A stretch of 64,000 nucleotides of DNA, from assembly GCA_028865725.1 (NCBI GenBank), contig JAGWJP010000001.1:377954-441953 (forward strand). The letters run 5' to 3'. The translations under genes were made by a program, and so were the position numbers. The stretch's first letter is position 1. Every line of letters begins with the position of its first letter. The notes beneath the pieces are model-generated. The model was not told the origin of the DNA and did not search any database. It worked only from the letters and a program-made list of their open reading frames with translations. Of the stretch, positions 28,889-37,788 are shown piece by piece. Source of the DNA: Patescibacteria group bacterium (lineage in GTDB: Bacteria; Patescibacteriota; Minisyncoccia; UBA6257; JACRHW01).

Positions 28889-29260
28889 TTACTTGTGAGA
28901 CGCCGTGGGCACCACGTACTTTCCGTTCTGGATTGAATTTATGTCGACACCGAGCAACTTCGCGGCCTCATCGAATCGCCCGTTCGCCACTTGAACCCTG
29001 TTGTACCAGCCAGAAATATGGATCAGATGACCTGTAACGCTATCCTTCCAGTAAATTCCATCTGAATGCGTCTCGTTGGTTACGCTTACCCCATTAAGCT
29101 TCCACGCGCACTTCGGCTGCATTTGGTAATCATACTGGACGATGATCCAATCGCTCCCAGCAGTTTCTGCCCACCAAGACGAAACACCTCGCGAAGCTCC
29201 TGCACACCCGGTCATGGACAGCATACTAAGGGTAATAAGCACGAAAAACATCTTTTTCAT
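28889..29260 (-). CDS. putative lipoprotein
   Basis: MKK + hydrophobic stretch + lipobox MTGC; SD GAGGGAG upstream. Confidence 0.7.
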   Translation of the reverse strand: MKKMFFVLITLSMLSMTGCAGASRGVSSWWAETAGSDWIIVQYDYQMQPKCAWKLNGVSVTNETHSDGIYWKDSVTGHLIHISGWYNRVQVANGRFDEAAKLLGVDINSIQNGKYVVPTASHK

Positions 29261-29330
29261 AACTTACAACTCCCTCTCGAGCGATAACTTATATTTACAC
29301 CCATCAAGTATAAATGTCCACAGCCTTGAA

Positions 29331-29358
29331 TTGACATATCTATTTTTTAAGGTATAAT
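29331..29358 (+). promoter_or_regulatory. sigma70 promoter of rnpB
   Basis: TTGACA-16-TATAAT ending 6 nt before P1. Confidence 0.85.
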
Positions 29359-29364
29359 ATATAC

Positions 29365-29755
29365 GGGTTGCGGGTGGACAGTCGCGAATTAAGGAAACTT
29401 AATTTGAGGAAAGTCCGGACACTCATTGTTATTCGCAAGAGTAGCATAACAATAACGGGTAACACCCGTCGCCCGCCCTGGGCGGATAGAGGTGCGAACA
29501 GAGACGTCGCAATCGAAAGAACGCGACACCCTGGGAATTCTTAGGGTGAGCTTCTGTGGTAACACAGAAGGTGCAACGGCCAAATCCTTATTGGGTGCAA
29601 GGTCGTGCCCAGCACCACTTTTATGCTTAAAGAAAGCATAAAAGTGGTGCTGGGAGTGCCGCTACGATTCCTTCAAGTAATTGAGGAACTCAGATAAATG
29701 GCTGTCGGTCCGATGTTACATCGGACTACAGAATCCGGCTTATAACCCACAACCC
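29365..29755 (+). ncRNA. rnpB: RNase P RNA
   Basis: GAGGAAAGTCCGG and ACAGAATCCGGCTTA (P4); P1 GGGTTGCGGGT/ACCCACAACCC; AGATAAATG. Confidence 0.96.
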
Positions 29756-29792
29756 TAATAAAAATGCCACTCTTTGAGTGGTGTTTTTATTA
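29756..29792. terminator. bidirectional terminator
   Basis: TAATAAAAATGCCACTC-TTT-GAGTGGTGTTTTTATTA. Confidence 0.8.
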
Positions 29793-29799
29793 GTGGTTT

Positions 29800-30267
29800 T
29801 TACAACTTGCCACAAATATCCTGAAAGCAATCGAAAAAAAAGAGTTCCATCTTAATGGCGCCGGGGTGTTTCACAAGATTTTGGGATCGTCGTGGCAAAT
29901 AATTTCTGTCGGAAGGTTCCCTTTCACCTCGCCGAATTTCTTCTTCTTTTTTCAGAAGTGCGCGCAATACGATGATATCACCATTTCGCGGACTACTTCT
30001 TGTATCCACCGGAACGTTTTTGCCTTCCTTTTCATGGTACTCTTGAAGTTTTTGTGCATACTCATCGAATCTTCCTTTTTCTGCCGCGCGATAGAGCACA
30101 CTAAGCGCGTTTGCGTCTTGCGCCTCAAAGCAGTTTGTTACTCTTTGAGCTAGTTTTTGTGCCTCTTCGCGCTTTTCCGGAGGAAGAAATGCGAGTATCT
30201 CCATGATGACAGCTTCTCTGTCTCTCTGTGCGAGTTCGAACATCTCATGTCCCCTTCCTTTTTTCAA
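29800..30267 (-). CDS. hypothetical protein
   Basis: Charged helical ORF; probable ATG near 30243 after GGAAGGGG. Confidence 0.55.
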   Translation of the reverse strand: MKKGRGHEMFELAQRDREAVIMEILAFLPPEKREEAQKLAQRVTNCFEAQDANALSVLYRAAEKGRFDEYAQKLQEYHEKEGKNVPVDTRSSPRNGDIIVLRALLKKEEEIRRGEREPSDRNYLPRRSQNLVKHPGAIKMELFFFDCFQDICGKL

Positions 30268-30336
30268 TGAGCCACGCTAAAAACATAGCACACAATATAC
30301 CATATTATCAAGATCCTTAACTATTACAAAACTACA

Positions 30337-30762
30337 CTAGAAAAGTGCGTCTTGGTGGTTGTCGAGGGCGGCGTTTACCATGGCATCAGCGCCTTTGTTC
30401 AGTTTACGGCGTACGTGCCTAAAAATAACGTCCTTAAAATCGAGAGTAAGGTTCCAGACATCCATAAAAAGCATTTTCATACGGTCGTCCGATATTTTGT
30501 ACTCCTTATTCATTTGTTTACAAATAAGTTCTGAGTCCATATTCACATGGACTACTTCTTGCTTGGTGTGTTCTTTGCCGATCAACTGCTTTACCTTTTT
30601 GAGTGCAAAGATAACCGCCGCATATTCTGCTTCGTTGTTGGTTCCTTTTCCTAGATATTCACCATATTCTTTGCGCGTTCCGTCGATTTCAATTACGACC
30701 CCAAGCGCAGAAGGGCCTGGGTTTCCCCTCGATCCTCCGTCTGTATGTACTATGATATTCAT
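30337..30762 (-). CDS. rnhA: ribonuclease HI family protein
   Basis: TDGGSRGNPG, TNNEAEY, DSEL, NKGAD. Confidence 0.93.
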   Translation of the reverse strand: MNIIVHTDGGSRGNPGPSALGVVIEIDGTRKEYGEYLGKGTNNEAEYAAVIFALKKVKQLIGKEHTKQEVVHVNMDSELICKQMNKEYKISDDRMKMLFMDVWNLTLDFKDVIFRHVRRKLNKGADAMVNAALDNHQDALF

Positions 30763-30781
30763 ACTGTTTTCCTTGCGTTAA

Positions 30782-31903
30782 TTATTGTAGTGCCTTGATT
30801 CCGGGCAATTCTTTGCCGCTCAAGTACGCGATCATTGCGCCTCCGCCGGTTGAAACAAAATCAAATTTACTTACGAGATTAAGCTTGCGGATCAGCGCCA
30901 CCGTCTCCCCTCCCCCTACGATGCTTGTGGCAGGTGATTCTGATATTTTGCGTGCAATTGCAACCGACCCCGCTTCAAATCGCGGGTCCTCAAAAAAACC
31001 GAGCGGCCCATTCCACATAATCATCGCGGTATCGCGAAGGCAAGCAGCATAGCGCTCGATAGCTATGGGGCCAATATCAAGAATGGTGTGCGTTTCTCCG
31101 TGTGTTACATTAATATCGTGCAGTAAGAATGTGGACACATCATCACCATGCCGGACGACTACATCTTCGGGCAAGATAAGTTTACCGGTGTTAAGAAGCA
31201 CTTTTATTTCTTCTTGGTTTTGTGTCAACAATGGGGCAACCAACCCACTCCCCAGAAGAATGGTATCTGCAAAACGAGCCAAATGCGTTAAAAGAGGTAG
31301 CTTTGTGTCTATCTTGATTCCTCCCACTATGCACACAAGCGGGTGTTTGGGGGTAAGAAGAATAGTATTAAGTTTTGTAATTTCCTTCTCAAGCTGAAAC
31401 CCCGCAAATGAGGGAAGAAGCCCCGCAAGCGCCACAAGGGACGCGTTGTTTTTATGGCTTACCGCAAACGCATCGTTGACATATATATCTCCAAATTCAG
31501 CAAGTTTTTTCGCTAGTCCGATGTCGTTGCTGTATTCTTCAGGCAAAAACCGGATATTTTCAAACAAAATAAGCGACGCACCTTCTGCGCTCTTTGCGGC
31601 AAGCTCCTCAAGCGTATGTACAAATACCGCGTCTGAATAATACTTCACGAGATATTGAAATATTGGCTCGAGAGACAATGCGGGGTCAATCCCCTTAGGC
31701 TCCCCGAGGTGCGCAAGAAGTACAATGCACGCATGATGACGCAGCAGATAATCGATCGATTCAAAACTTGCTTGAACTCGATAATCATCGAGCATGGTTT
31801 TATGCCCATCGGGTTGAGATACAAGTTCCGTGTTGTAATCTACGCGAAGCAACACACGCTTTCCCGACAGATCTTTTTCGGTACACTCTCGTAACCATTT
31901 CAT
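30782..31903 (-). CDS. pgk: phosphoglycerate kinase
   Basis: LRVDYN, ENIRF, VNDAF, WNGPLG, STGGGA. Confidence 0.96.
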   Translation of the reverse strand: MKWLRECTEKDLSGKRVLLRVDYNTELVSQPDGHKTMLDDYRVQASFESIDYLLRHHACIVLLAHLGEPKGIDPALSLEPIFQYLVKYYSDAVFVHTLEELAAKSAEGASLILFENIRFLPEEYSNDIGLAKKLAEFGDIYVNDAFAVSHKNNASLVALAGLLPSFAGFQLEKEITKLNTILLTPKHPLVCIVGGIKIDTKLPLLTHLARFADTILLGSGLVAPLLTQNQEEIKVLLNTGKLILPEDVVVRHGDDVSTFLLHDINVTHGETHTILDIGPIAIERYAACLRDTAMIMWNGPLGFFEDPRFEAGSVAIARKISESPATSIVGGGETVALIRKLNLVSKFDFVSTGGGAMIAYLSGKELPGIKALQ

Positions 31904-32670
31904 ACTTCGGACGCGATACGAATAATACGCTCAAATTTTTCCGCATCAAGACTTGCGCCGCCAACAAGAGCCCCTTCAATTTCTGACTCTCCTAAATACA
32001 TACGCGCATTTTCATCATTTAACGAACCTCCATAGATAAATGTGAAAGAAAATGCAGAATACTCTGAAACTAAGGTTTTAAGGAAGCGAATCACCTGGAC
32101 TGTGTCTTCTGCTGTTTCTGGTGTACCCGTGCCAATTGCCCAACGGGGCTCATAGGCAACTACTATGCGTCTCTGTGTCTCAGAATCTGCAATTTCTTCT
32201 ATTCCTGATAGCCCATCTCGTATTTGGCGTTCGAGTACTGCATGAGTTTCTCCTTGTGCTTTTTCGGTTGCAGTCTCACCGACACAAAAAATCGGGATTA
32301 AATTATGCTGCAATGCGGCATTTATTTTTTTCTGTATTGTTTCGTCGGTTTCTTTGAGGTAATTACGGCGCTCCGAATGTCCTATAATCACATAACGCAC
32401 TCCACATGCGGTAAGCATCACGGGAGACGTTTCGCCAGTATAGGCGCCTTCTTCTTCCCAAAACATATTCTGGGCACCACGCATTACGTGATGTTGTTCA
32501 CTTGGCGGGTCTTCTTCGGCGAGCATAGCAAGGTAACACGTTGGCGAACAGAGTACCGTCGTAACACCTTGAACTCCCACCGCTCCTTTATACTCGACCT
32601 CATACAACACTTTGGCGTCATGTGGTGTCAGCGGATTCATTTTCCAATTTGCAATAATAAGTTTGTTCAT
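31900..32670 (-). CDS. tpiA: triosephosphate isomerase
   Basis: NWKMN, GHSERR, AYEP.WAIGTG, LVGGASL. Confidence 0.97.
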   Translation of the reverse strand: MNKLIIANWKMNPLTPHDAKVLYEVEYKGAVGVQGVTTVLCSPTCYLAMLAEEDPPSEQHHVMRGAQNMFWEEEGAYTGETSPVMLTACGVRYVIIGHSERRNYLKETDETIQKKINAALQHNLIPIFCVGETATEKAQGETHAVLERQIRDGLSGIEEIADSETQRRIVVAYEPRWAIGTGTPETAEDTVQVIRFLKTLVSEYSAFSFTFIYGGSLNDENARMYLGESEIEGALVGGASLDAEKFERIIRIASEV

Positions 32671-33677
32671 AGACGTAATAATGCTGCGGCGTCTTTAGGG
32701 TCTACGACCACAATATCAATTCCTGTGCCCAGCTCGAGCCCCGCAAGATGTGACATGCGCGGAAGAACTTCAATATGCCAATGATAGTATTGCCACAACT
32801 CTTTATTGTGTACAGGAGCAGTATGAATAAAAAAGTTAAGGTCAGGGTCATCTAATTTCTTTTTTATTTGCGCGAGCGTAAATCGCAATGCCTCCGCAAT
32901 CGCAAGACGCGCGCGGGATGTTGCGTCCTCAAAATAAGATTGATGTACTTTTGGAAATATGCGTACCTCGTATGAGGTGCGTGAGACATAAGGCGCGATC
33001 ACGATTGCTTGCTCGTTTTCAAAAATAATGCGTTCCTGCTCTCTTTGTTCCCAGTTGATGATTTCGCAATGCACGCAACTGCCATATTTTTTGTAGTAGC
33101 GCTTTGATCCTAATAGCGAATCCTCAATGTCGGGAGGAACAATAGGGAGAGAGAGAATCTGAAGATGAGGATGATCCAACGAAGCTCCTCCTTCAGGGCC
33201 CCAGTTGTGAAAAATAGAAATATAATCGGCGCACGGGTTTTCTGCAATCACACGATAGCGATCCTGTAACGCACGGAGGAGAATATCCATTTCTTCGCTT
33301 ATGAGATCTCCGATAGGCATTGCGTGATCATGGAGTATCAAAAGTTCATGGAAACCAATGCCCTCCATGCGTGAAAAAGGACCGTGCTGCTCTTTTACGG
33401 GGCAGATGTCTCCTTTTGTTACCCCAGGATATTTGTTGGGAATAATCTGAAGAAACCACGTGTCAGGATGGCGCGGCGAACGAAACGTAAGAAGCGGATC
33501 TCCGTGTCCGGTGGCCTGAGGATTCTCAAAAGGACAGTGTTCTTTGGGAGATACTGTGCGATGTAATGCACTTTGAGAGTCCTCTTTTCGTCTGGCACGT
33601 GTGGGAGCAATAAGAACCCACTCTCCGGAAACAAGATCACGCCGTAATTCAGAATATGGAGAAGGATCTTCACGCAT
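32667..33677 (-). CDS. galT: galactose-1-phosphate uridylyltransferase family protein
   Basis: SELRRD, CPF, NKYP, GASLDHPHLQ, HWHIE. Confidence 0.88.
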   Translation of the reverse strand: MREDPSPYSELRRDLVSGEWVLIAPTRARRKEDSQSALHRTVSPKEHCPFENPQATGHGDPLLTFRSPRHPDTWFLQIIPNKYPGVTKGDICPVKEQHGPFSRMEGIGFHELLILHDHAMPIGDLISEEMDILLRALQDRYRVIAENPCADYISIFHNWGPEGGASLDHPHLQILSLPIVPPDIEDSLLGSKRYYKKYGSCVHCEIINWEQREQERIIFENEQAIVIAPYVSRTSYEVRIFPKVHQSYFEDATSRARLAIAEALRFTLAQIKKKLDDPDLNFFIHTAPVHNKELWQYYHWHIEVLPRMSHLAGLELGTGIDIVVVDPKDAAALLRL

Positions 33678-33680
33678 AAC

Positions 33681-34403
33681 TTATCGATATCGTTTCATCC
33701 ACATGTTCCAACGCACTCGCAATGTCTCTAGAAGTACCTGAACATATGCGCTGCTGCTGACATGAGAGTGAATATCGTTGACCCATGTGATACCCACTTC
33801 TTTAATGTTGTGGTGAAGCACGCGTGCGATGACGAGTGCTTCAATATCAAATCCCCACCGATAGACGGTAAGGCGAGAAAAAATGTCCCGTGCCGCTTCA
33901 GCAGAAAAGAGCTTAAACCCGCATTGGGTATCGTGAATACCAGGAAGAACCAGTATTTGAATGATCCCGTTCCCTATATGTCCCAACACGCGTCGAATCC
34001 ATGGTTGAGGAACGGGAATAATCGATCCTTTTACTGCACGTGATCCGATCACGACATTATAACCCTCCCTAAAAAAGGGCAAGAGACGTTCAATTTGATC
34101 AATACTCGTCGAGTTATCTGCATCGGTGAAAAGACAATATTCACCTTTTGCCTCAAGCATGCCCTGCCGCACCGCTGCGCCCTTACCTTTATTTTCTTTA
34201 TTATCAATAAGACGCGAATATTTAACGACTTTTTCATGATTGCGCACCAACTCTGCGGTGGTATCACGCGATCCATCGTTCACCACGATAATCTCATAAG
34301 AAAATGTTTTTTTAGAAAGATAGGCGTCAATATCTAATAACGTACGGGTGATGCGCTCTCCTTCGTTATAAGCAGGAATAATAACAGATAGATACGGTTG
34401 CAT
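33681..34403 (-). CDS. glycosyltransferase family 2 (dolichyl-phosphate glucosyltransferase-like)
   Basis: IIPAYNE, NDGSRD, GKGAAV, DAD, DTQCGFK. Confidence 0.92.
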   Translation of the reverse strand: MQPYLSVIIPAYNEGERITRTLLDIDAYLSKKTFSYEIIVVNDGSRDTTAELVRNHEKVVKYSRLIDNKENKGKGAAVRQGMLEAKGEYCLFTDADNSTSIDQIERLLPFFREGYNVVIGSRAVKGSIIPVPQPWIRRVLGHIGNGIIQILVLPGIHDTQCGFKLFSAEAARDIFSRLTVYRWGFDIEALVIARVLHHNIKEVGITWVNDIHSHVSSSAYVQVLLETLRVRWNMWMKRYR

Positions 34404-34405
34404 AT

Positions 34406-34533
34406 CCGGTAGTGAAACTGGGATTATATTACGGTAACCCCAGATTTTTATGTAATTTAATTATCTACTAATTCTTTACTACACCCTTTGAAGTACTGCG
34501 TAGGCGAAAAACCTCATCGCAGTTTTACTACCG
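34406..34533. repeat. 128-bp segment with 18-bp imperfect terminal inverted repeats
   Basis: CCGGTAGTGAAACTGGGA ... TCGCAGTTTTACTACCGG (16/18). Confidence 0.6.
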
Positions 34534-34682
34534 GGCATACCTTTTCAGTATACCGAATCTATAATATAGAATCCAGAGTATAACTTAAAACCATATCGTG
34601 TGAGCATGGCAAGATCTTAATCCGCCAGTTAACAAAAACCTCGCGTTGCGCGAGGTGTGACACTTTTTTCTCTCACTCTTTT

Positions 34683-35039
34683 TTATTCTGGCAGTTCTGT
34701 TTCCATCTCCATTTCCGTCTCTCTCTCTCTTATTGCAACTACCCAGTTCACCATAATATGTTCCCATTTTTTGAGAATCCGGATCAGAACTCCTCGAATG
34801 AGAAACGAGAGGACCGTCACGATGCCCAAAGTAAAAACCATGCGGCAAATTCCCCACAGTGTTGAGACATAAAATGCATTGATACTCCACCGCAGCAAAA
34901 GCAATGTAAGTAATACGAGCCCTAGGAATGCATGCACAAGCGCAAACATGAAGATCCCAATGCTCAACACAAAAACCATTATACATATTGGAATGGACAT
35001 TGCTATCTGTGTGCGCAGCGCCGTTAGCTTTTTATGCAT
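34683..35039 (-). CDS. hypothetical membrane protein
   Basis: Hydrophobic ORF; SD-like GGAG upstream. Confidence 0.55.
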   Translation of the reverse strand: MHKKLTALRTQIAMSIPICIMVFVLSIGIFMFALVHAFLGLVLLTLLLLRWSINAFYVSTLWGICRMVFTLGIVTVLSFLIRGVLIRILKKWEHIMVNWVVAIRERETEMEMETELPE

Positions 35040-35130
35040 CTCTCCTGCCTCCGTGTAATGTGCTGACTCTTTTTAGCATATCAGACTTATAAACGCAAAA
35101 AGCAACGATTGCCGTTGCTTAACTATAGTT

Positions 35131-35472
35131 TTAACGATATGCCTCTCGACCTTCACCGCTCGGAGCAACGAGAATTCCTTTGCATTGTTTATGTACCACA
35201 CACGCGTTTACGACTGGAGCAAGAAAATGCGCAGCATCGTACCTGCTGTGAGGTACCACTGCACGCGGTTCTCGTGGATGCCACCATGCGATTTTCGATC
35301 CGCACAATGGACACATGGGCAAGGTAAGTATAGGAATTGCGTTCCAGGTTTGATCGTTCTTTCCTCTATGAATAGGGGAATTTTGTTTTCCTATTTTTCC
35401 CCGATCTTTAAGATAGAAAATATACCACCACACGGCACTAATGATCATGCACACGAAAGTATACATATTCAT
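35131..35472 (-). CDS. hypothetical protein, N-terminal TM and CPLC motif
   Basis: AAGGTG upstream; TM then Cys/His-rich region. Confidence 0.55.
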   Translation of the reverse strand: MNMYTFVCMIISAVWWYIFYLKDRGKIGKQNSPIHRGKNDQTWNAIPILTLPMCPLCGSKIAWWHPREPRAVVPHSRYDAAHFLAPVVNACVVHKQCKGILVAPSGEGREAYR

Positions 35473-35488
35473 AATTCACCCTTTTTCT

Positions 35489-36046
35489 TCATGAGACGGG
35501 AGTGAAAAACTCTCGAGCGTTCTCATCATAGGGGATTACGAGATTTCCTGTATAAAAGTCGCCAATCGCGATCTCGAAAAGAAGATGATCTTCGTCCTTC
35601 CGAGAGATAATAAGCGATGTCTGCGATGCGAGATAACGTGATACGAGGTCTTGTATGAGTTTTTCGAAAGTGCATACCCTAATAAGCATCTCAAGTGGTA
35701 TTTGTCCTTCAAGCATATCAAGAAAGTCTCCCATAAGTACTTCGGGAAATAACAATCTTAGTTCCCTGTTTTCAAAATAGGAGACAAGACTGATAGAAAA
35801 TTCCCAAAAATGAGGGGGCGCTGGAACATTAGGTGTAAAGTGAGATTTTTGAATGCCTCCACAAAGACCAAAAGCTGGTTTACGAACCCCATGACAAGTA
35901 CTATAAGAATTCAGCACAACCCCACTACAAAAAACAGATCTCTCTGCAAGGAAATTATTTTCCAGTGCCTTCCCAATAATCATTGCAACCCCCAAGTATG
36001 TATATGAACTGGTTTTAGTTAAACACGGACTGTTTATTTTTGTCAA
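35489..36046 (-). CDS. hypothetical protein
   Basis: 185 aa ORF; true start probably the later MIIGK. Confidence 0.5.
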   Translation of the reverse strand: MTKINSPCLTKTSSYTYLGVAMIIGKALENNFLAERSVFCSGVVLNSYSTCHGVRKPAFGLCGGIQKSHFTPNVPAPPHFWEFSISLVSYFENRELRLLFPEVLMGDFLDMLEGQIPLEMLIRVCTFEKLIQDLVSRYLASQTSLIISRKDEDHLLFEIAIGDFYTGNLVIPYDENAREFFTPVS

Positions 36047-36425
36047 TCCATGCTTGGAGTATCAGGGCTGCAGCATGAGCATCCACCTGATCTTTGATAA
36101 GCCCCGCGCTGCGTAATACATGGCGCGCCTCTTTTGTGGTAAAAAATTCGTCCTCTGTTTCAATGGGAAGATTAATATGTGTGCGGAGAAATGCGACAAA
36201 TTTCATGGTAATCTCTGTTTGCGCGGTGGGTTCACTGGTCGAAAAGCGCGGTTCCCCGACAATAATCCGCGTCACATGATATTCATCAATCGCCTGCCGC
36301 AATTGAGCAAGAAATTCTTTTTGGGGCATGGTTTGTATTACGCGCCATGGCGTCACTACGCCCGTTTCCATATCTCCGAGTGCAAGACCGATTCTTTTTG
36401 TTCCGTAATCAATACCGAGAAGCAT
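36015..36425 (-). CDS. ruvX: RuvX/YqgF family nuclease
   Basis: LGIDYGTKRIGLA, DEFFTT, VDAHAAALILQ. Confidence 0.94.
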   Translation of the reverse strand: MLLGIDYGTKRIGLALGDMETGVVTPWRVIQTMPQKEFLAQLRQAIDEYHVTRIIVGEPRFSTSEPTAQTEITMKFVAFLRTHINLPIETEDEFFTTKEARHVLRSAGLIKDQVDAHAAALILQAWIDKNKQSVFN

Positions 36426-36430
36426 ACTAT

Positions 36431-37195
36431 CTATAATGCAGTAAGGAGAAGAGGCCCTTTTTCAGTGATGGCAAGAGAGTGTTCAAAGTGTGCGGCAAGA
36501 CTACCGTCTGCAGTTGCAAAACTTTCGTCGGAGCGTTGTACAATACGCTCCGTATGTTCTGCAATAATAGGTTCAATGGCAATGACAAGTCCGGTCTCGA
36601 GCGTCATCCCCGTTCCCGGTTTTCCCGTGTTAAATACATAAGGGTCTTCATGAAGTTCAAACCCCACCCCATGTCCGGTAAGTTCTTTTAACACCTTAAA
36701 GCGTGCCTCCCGTACGCACTGTTCTATCACATACCCGATGTCTCCAAGCGTGTTTCCTGATTCTGCGGCGGACATGCCCATCTCCAAGGCGCGACGGGCC
36801 GTATCGATAAGCTCATATGCGCGTTTCGTTACCCGTTTTCCAATTGGAACGGTTATTGCCATATCGGTAATCAAGCCATTATATCGCATCCCAATATCAA
36901 TACTCACAATATCACCGTCTTTGAGATGATATGCGGTGGGGTGTTCGTGTACCGCAACATCATTCACGGATGTGCAGAGTGTGTTGGGATAAGCCTTAGT
37001 CGCAGCACTTGGTGTATATCCCTTAAAAGCCGGCTCCCCGCCGGCTTTACGAATCAATTGTTCTGCGAGTTCATCGAGAGAAAGAAGCGAAATTCCCGGT
37101 TTTGTGTTTTCTCTAATTGTTTCGAGGATGTGCGCCAAACGTTTACCCCCTTCTCGCAAATCGTGTATTTGTTTTTGTGTTTTAAGTCGAATCAT
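36431..37195 (-). CDS. map: methionine aminopeptidase
   Basis: CTSVND, DIG..D, GHGVG..LHEDP, AIEP, HFEH. Confidence 0.97.
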   Translation of the reverse strand: MIRLKTQKQIHDLREGGKRLAHILETIRENTKPGISLLSLDELAEQLIRKAGGEPAFKGYTPSAATKAYPNTLCTSVNDVAVHEHPTAYHLKDGDIVSIDIGMRYNGLITDMAITVPIGKRVTKRAYELIDTARRALEMGMSAAESGNTLGDIGYVIEQCVREARFKVLKELTGHGVGFELHEDPYVFNTGKPGTGMTLETGLVIAIEPIIAEHTERIVQRSDESFATADGSLAAHFEHSLAITEKGPLLLTAL

Positions 37196-37197
37196 TA

Positions 37198-37788
37198 TTA
37201 TTTGTGAAGTCCTAACGCTGTACGCATGCGCATATGTACCTCATTGATAGTTCCCTCCCCATTCACAGTCACTAAGCGATCTGTCGACTCATAATAACGC
37301 ACAACGGGCATTACTTCCGTATCGAACCACTCAAGACGACTCGTAATTGCGTGATCTGTGTCATCTGTTCTTCCGCGCGCCTTAAGACGTTGGAATACCT
37401 CTTCATGTCCCGTATCAAGTAATACGGCGACCGTATCCTCTTTTCGTTCAAACCACTCGAGCAGCGCATCGAGCTTTTCTGCTTCGTGCAGCTTGCGAGG
37501 CGATCCATCAAAAAAAACAATTTCACTGTTATCGGTCATGCGCGTCATTACATCGTTTTGCCATAGGTAAATTGCGACCCACTCATCAATGAGAATACCA
37601 TTATCAATAATCTGCTTAATCTTTTTTCCCGCAAACGTAGCTGAGGCGCCAATATGACGCAAAAGCTCTCCTATAGAGATATAGAGCGTTTTTTCGCCTT
37701 GCGCGGTGAGATAGTCGTTTAAAAGCTTAAGCTGAGTTCCTTTACCCGCCCCACTCTTCCCTAAAACGATGATATTTTTATATTTCAT
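37198..37788 (-). CDS. adk: adenylate kinase (short LID)
   Basis: GKSGAGKGTQ, DGSPR, RGRTDD; follows secY. Confidence 0.9.
   Translation of the reverse strand: MKYKNIIVLGKSGAGKGTQLKLLNDYLTAQGEKTLYISIGELLRHIGASATFAGKKIKQIIDNGILIDEWVAIYLWQNDVMTRMTDNSEIVFFDGSPRKLHEAEKLDALLEWFERKEDTVAVLLDTGHEEVFQRLKARGRTDDTDHAITSRLEWFDTEVMPVVRYYESTDRLVTVNGEGTINEVHMRMRTALGLHK

Noticed and set aside
29389-29583. 64-aa minus-strand ORF
   Set aside because: It is antisense to the RNase P RNA.
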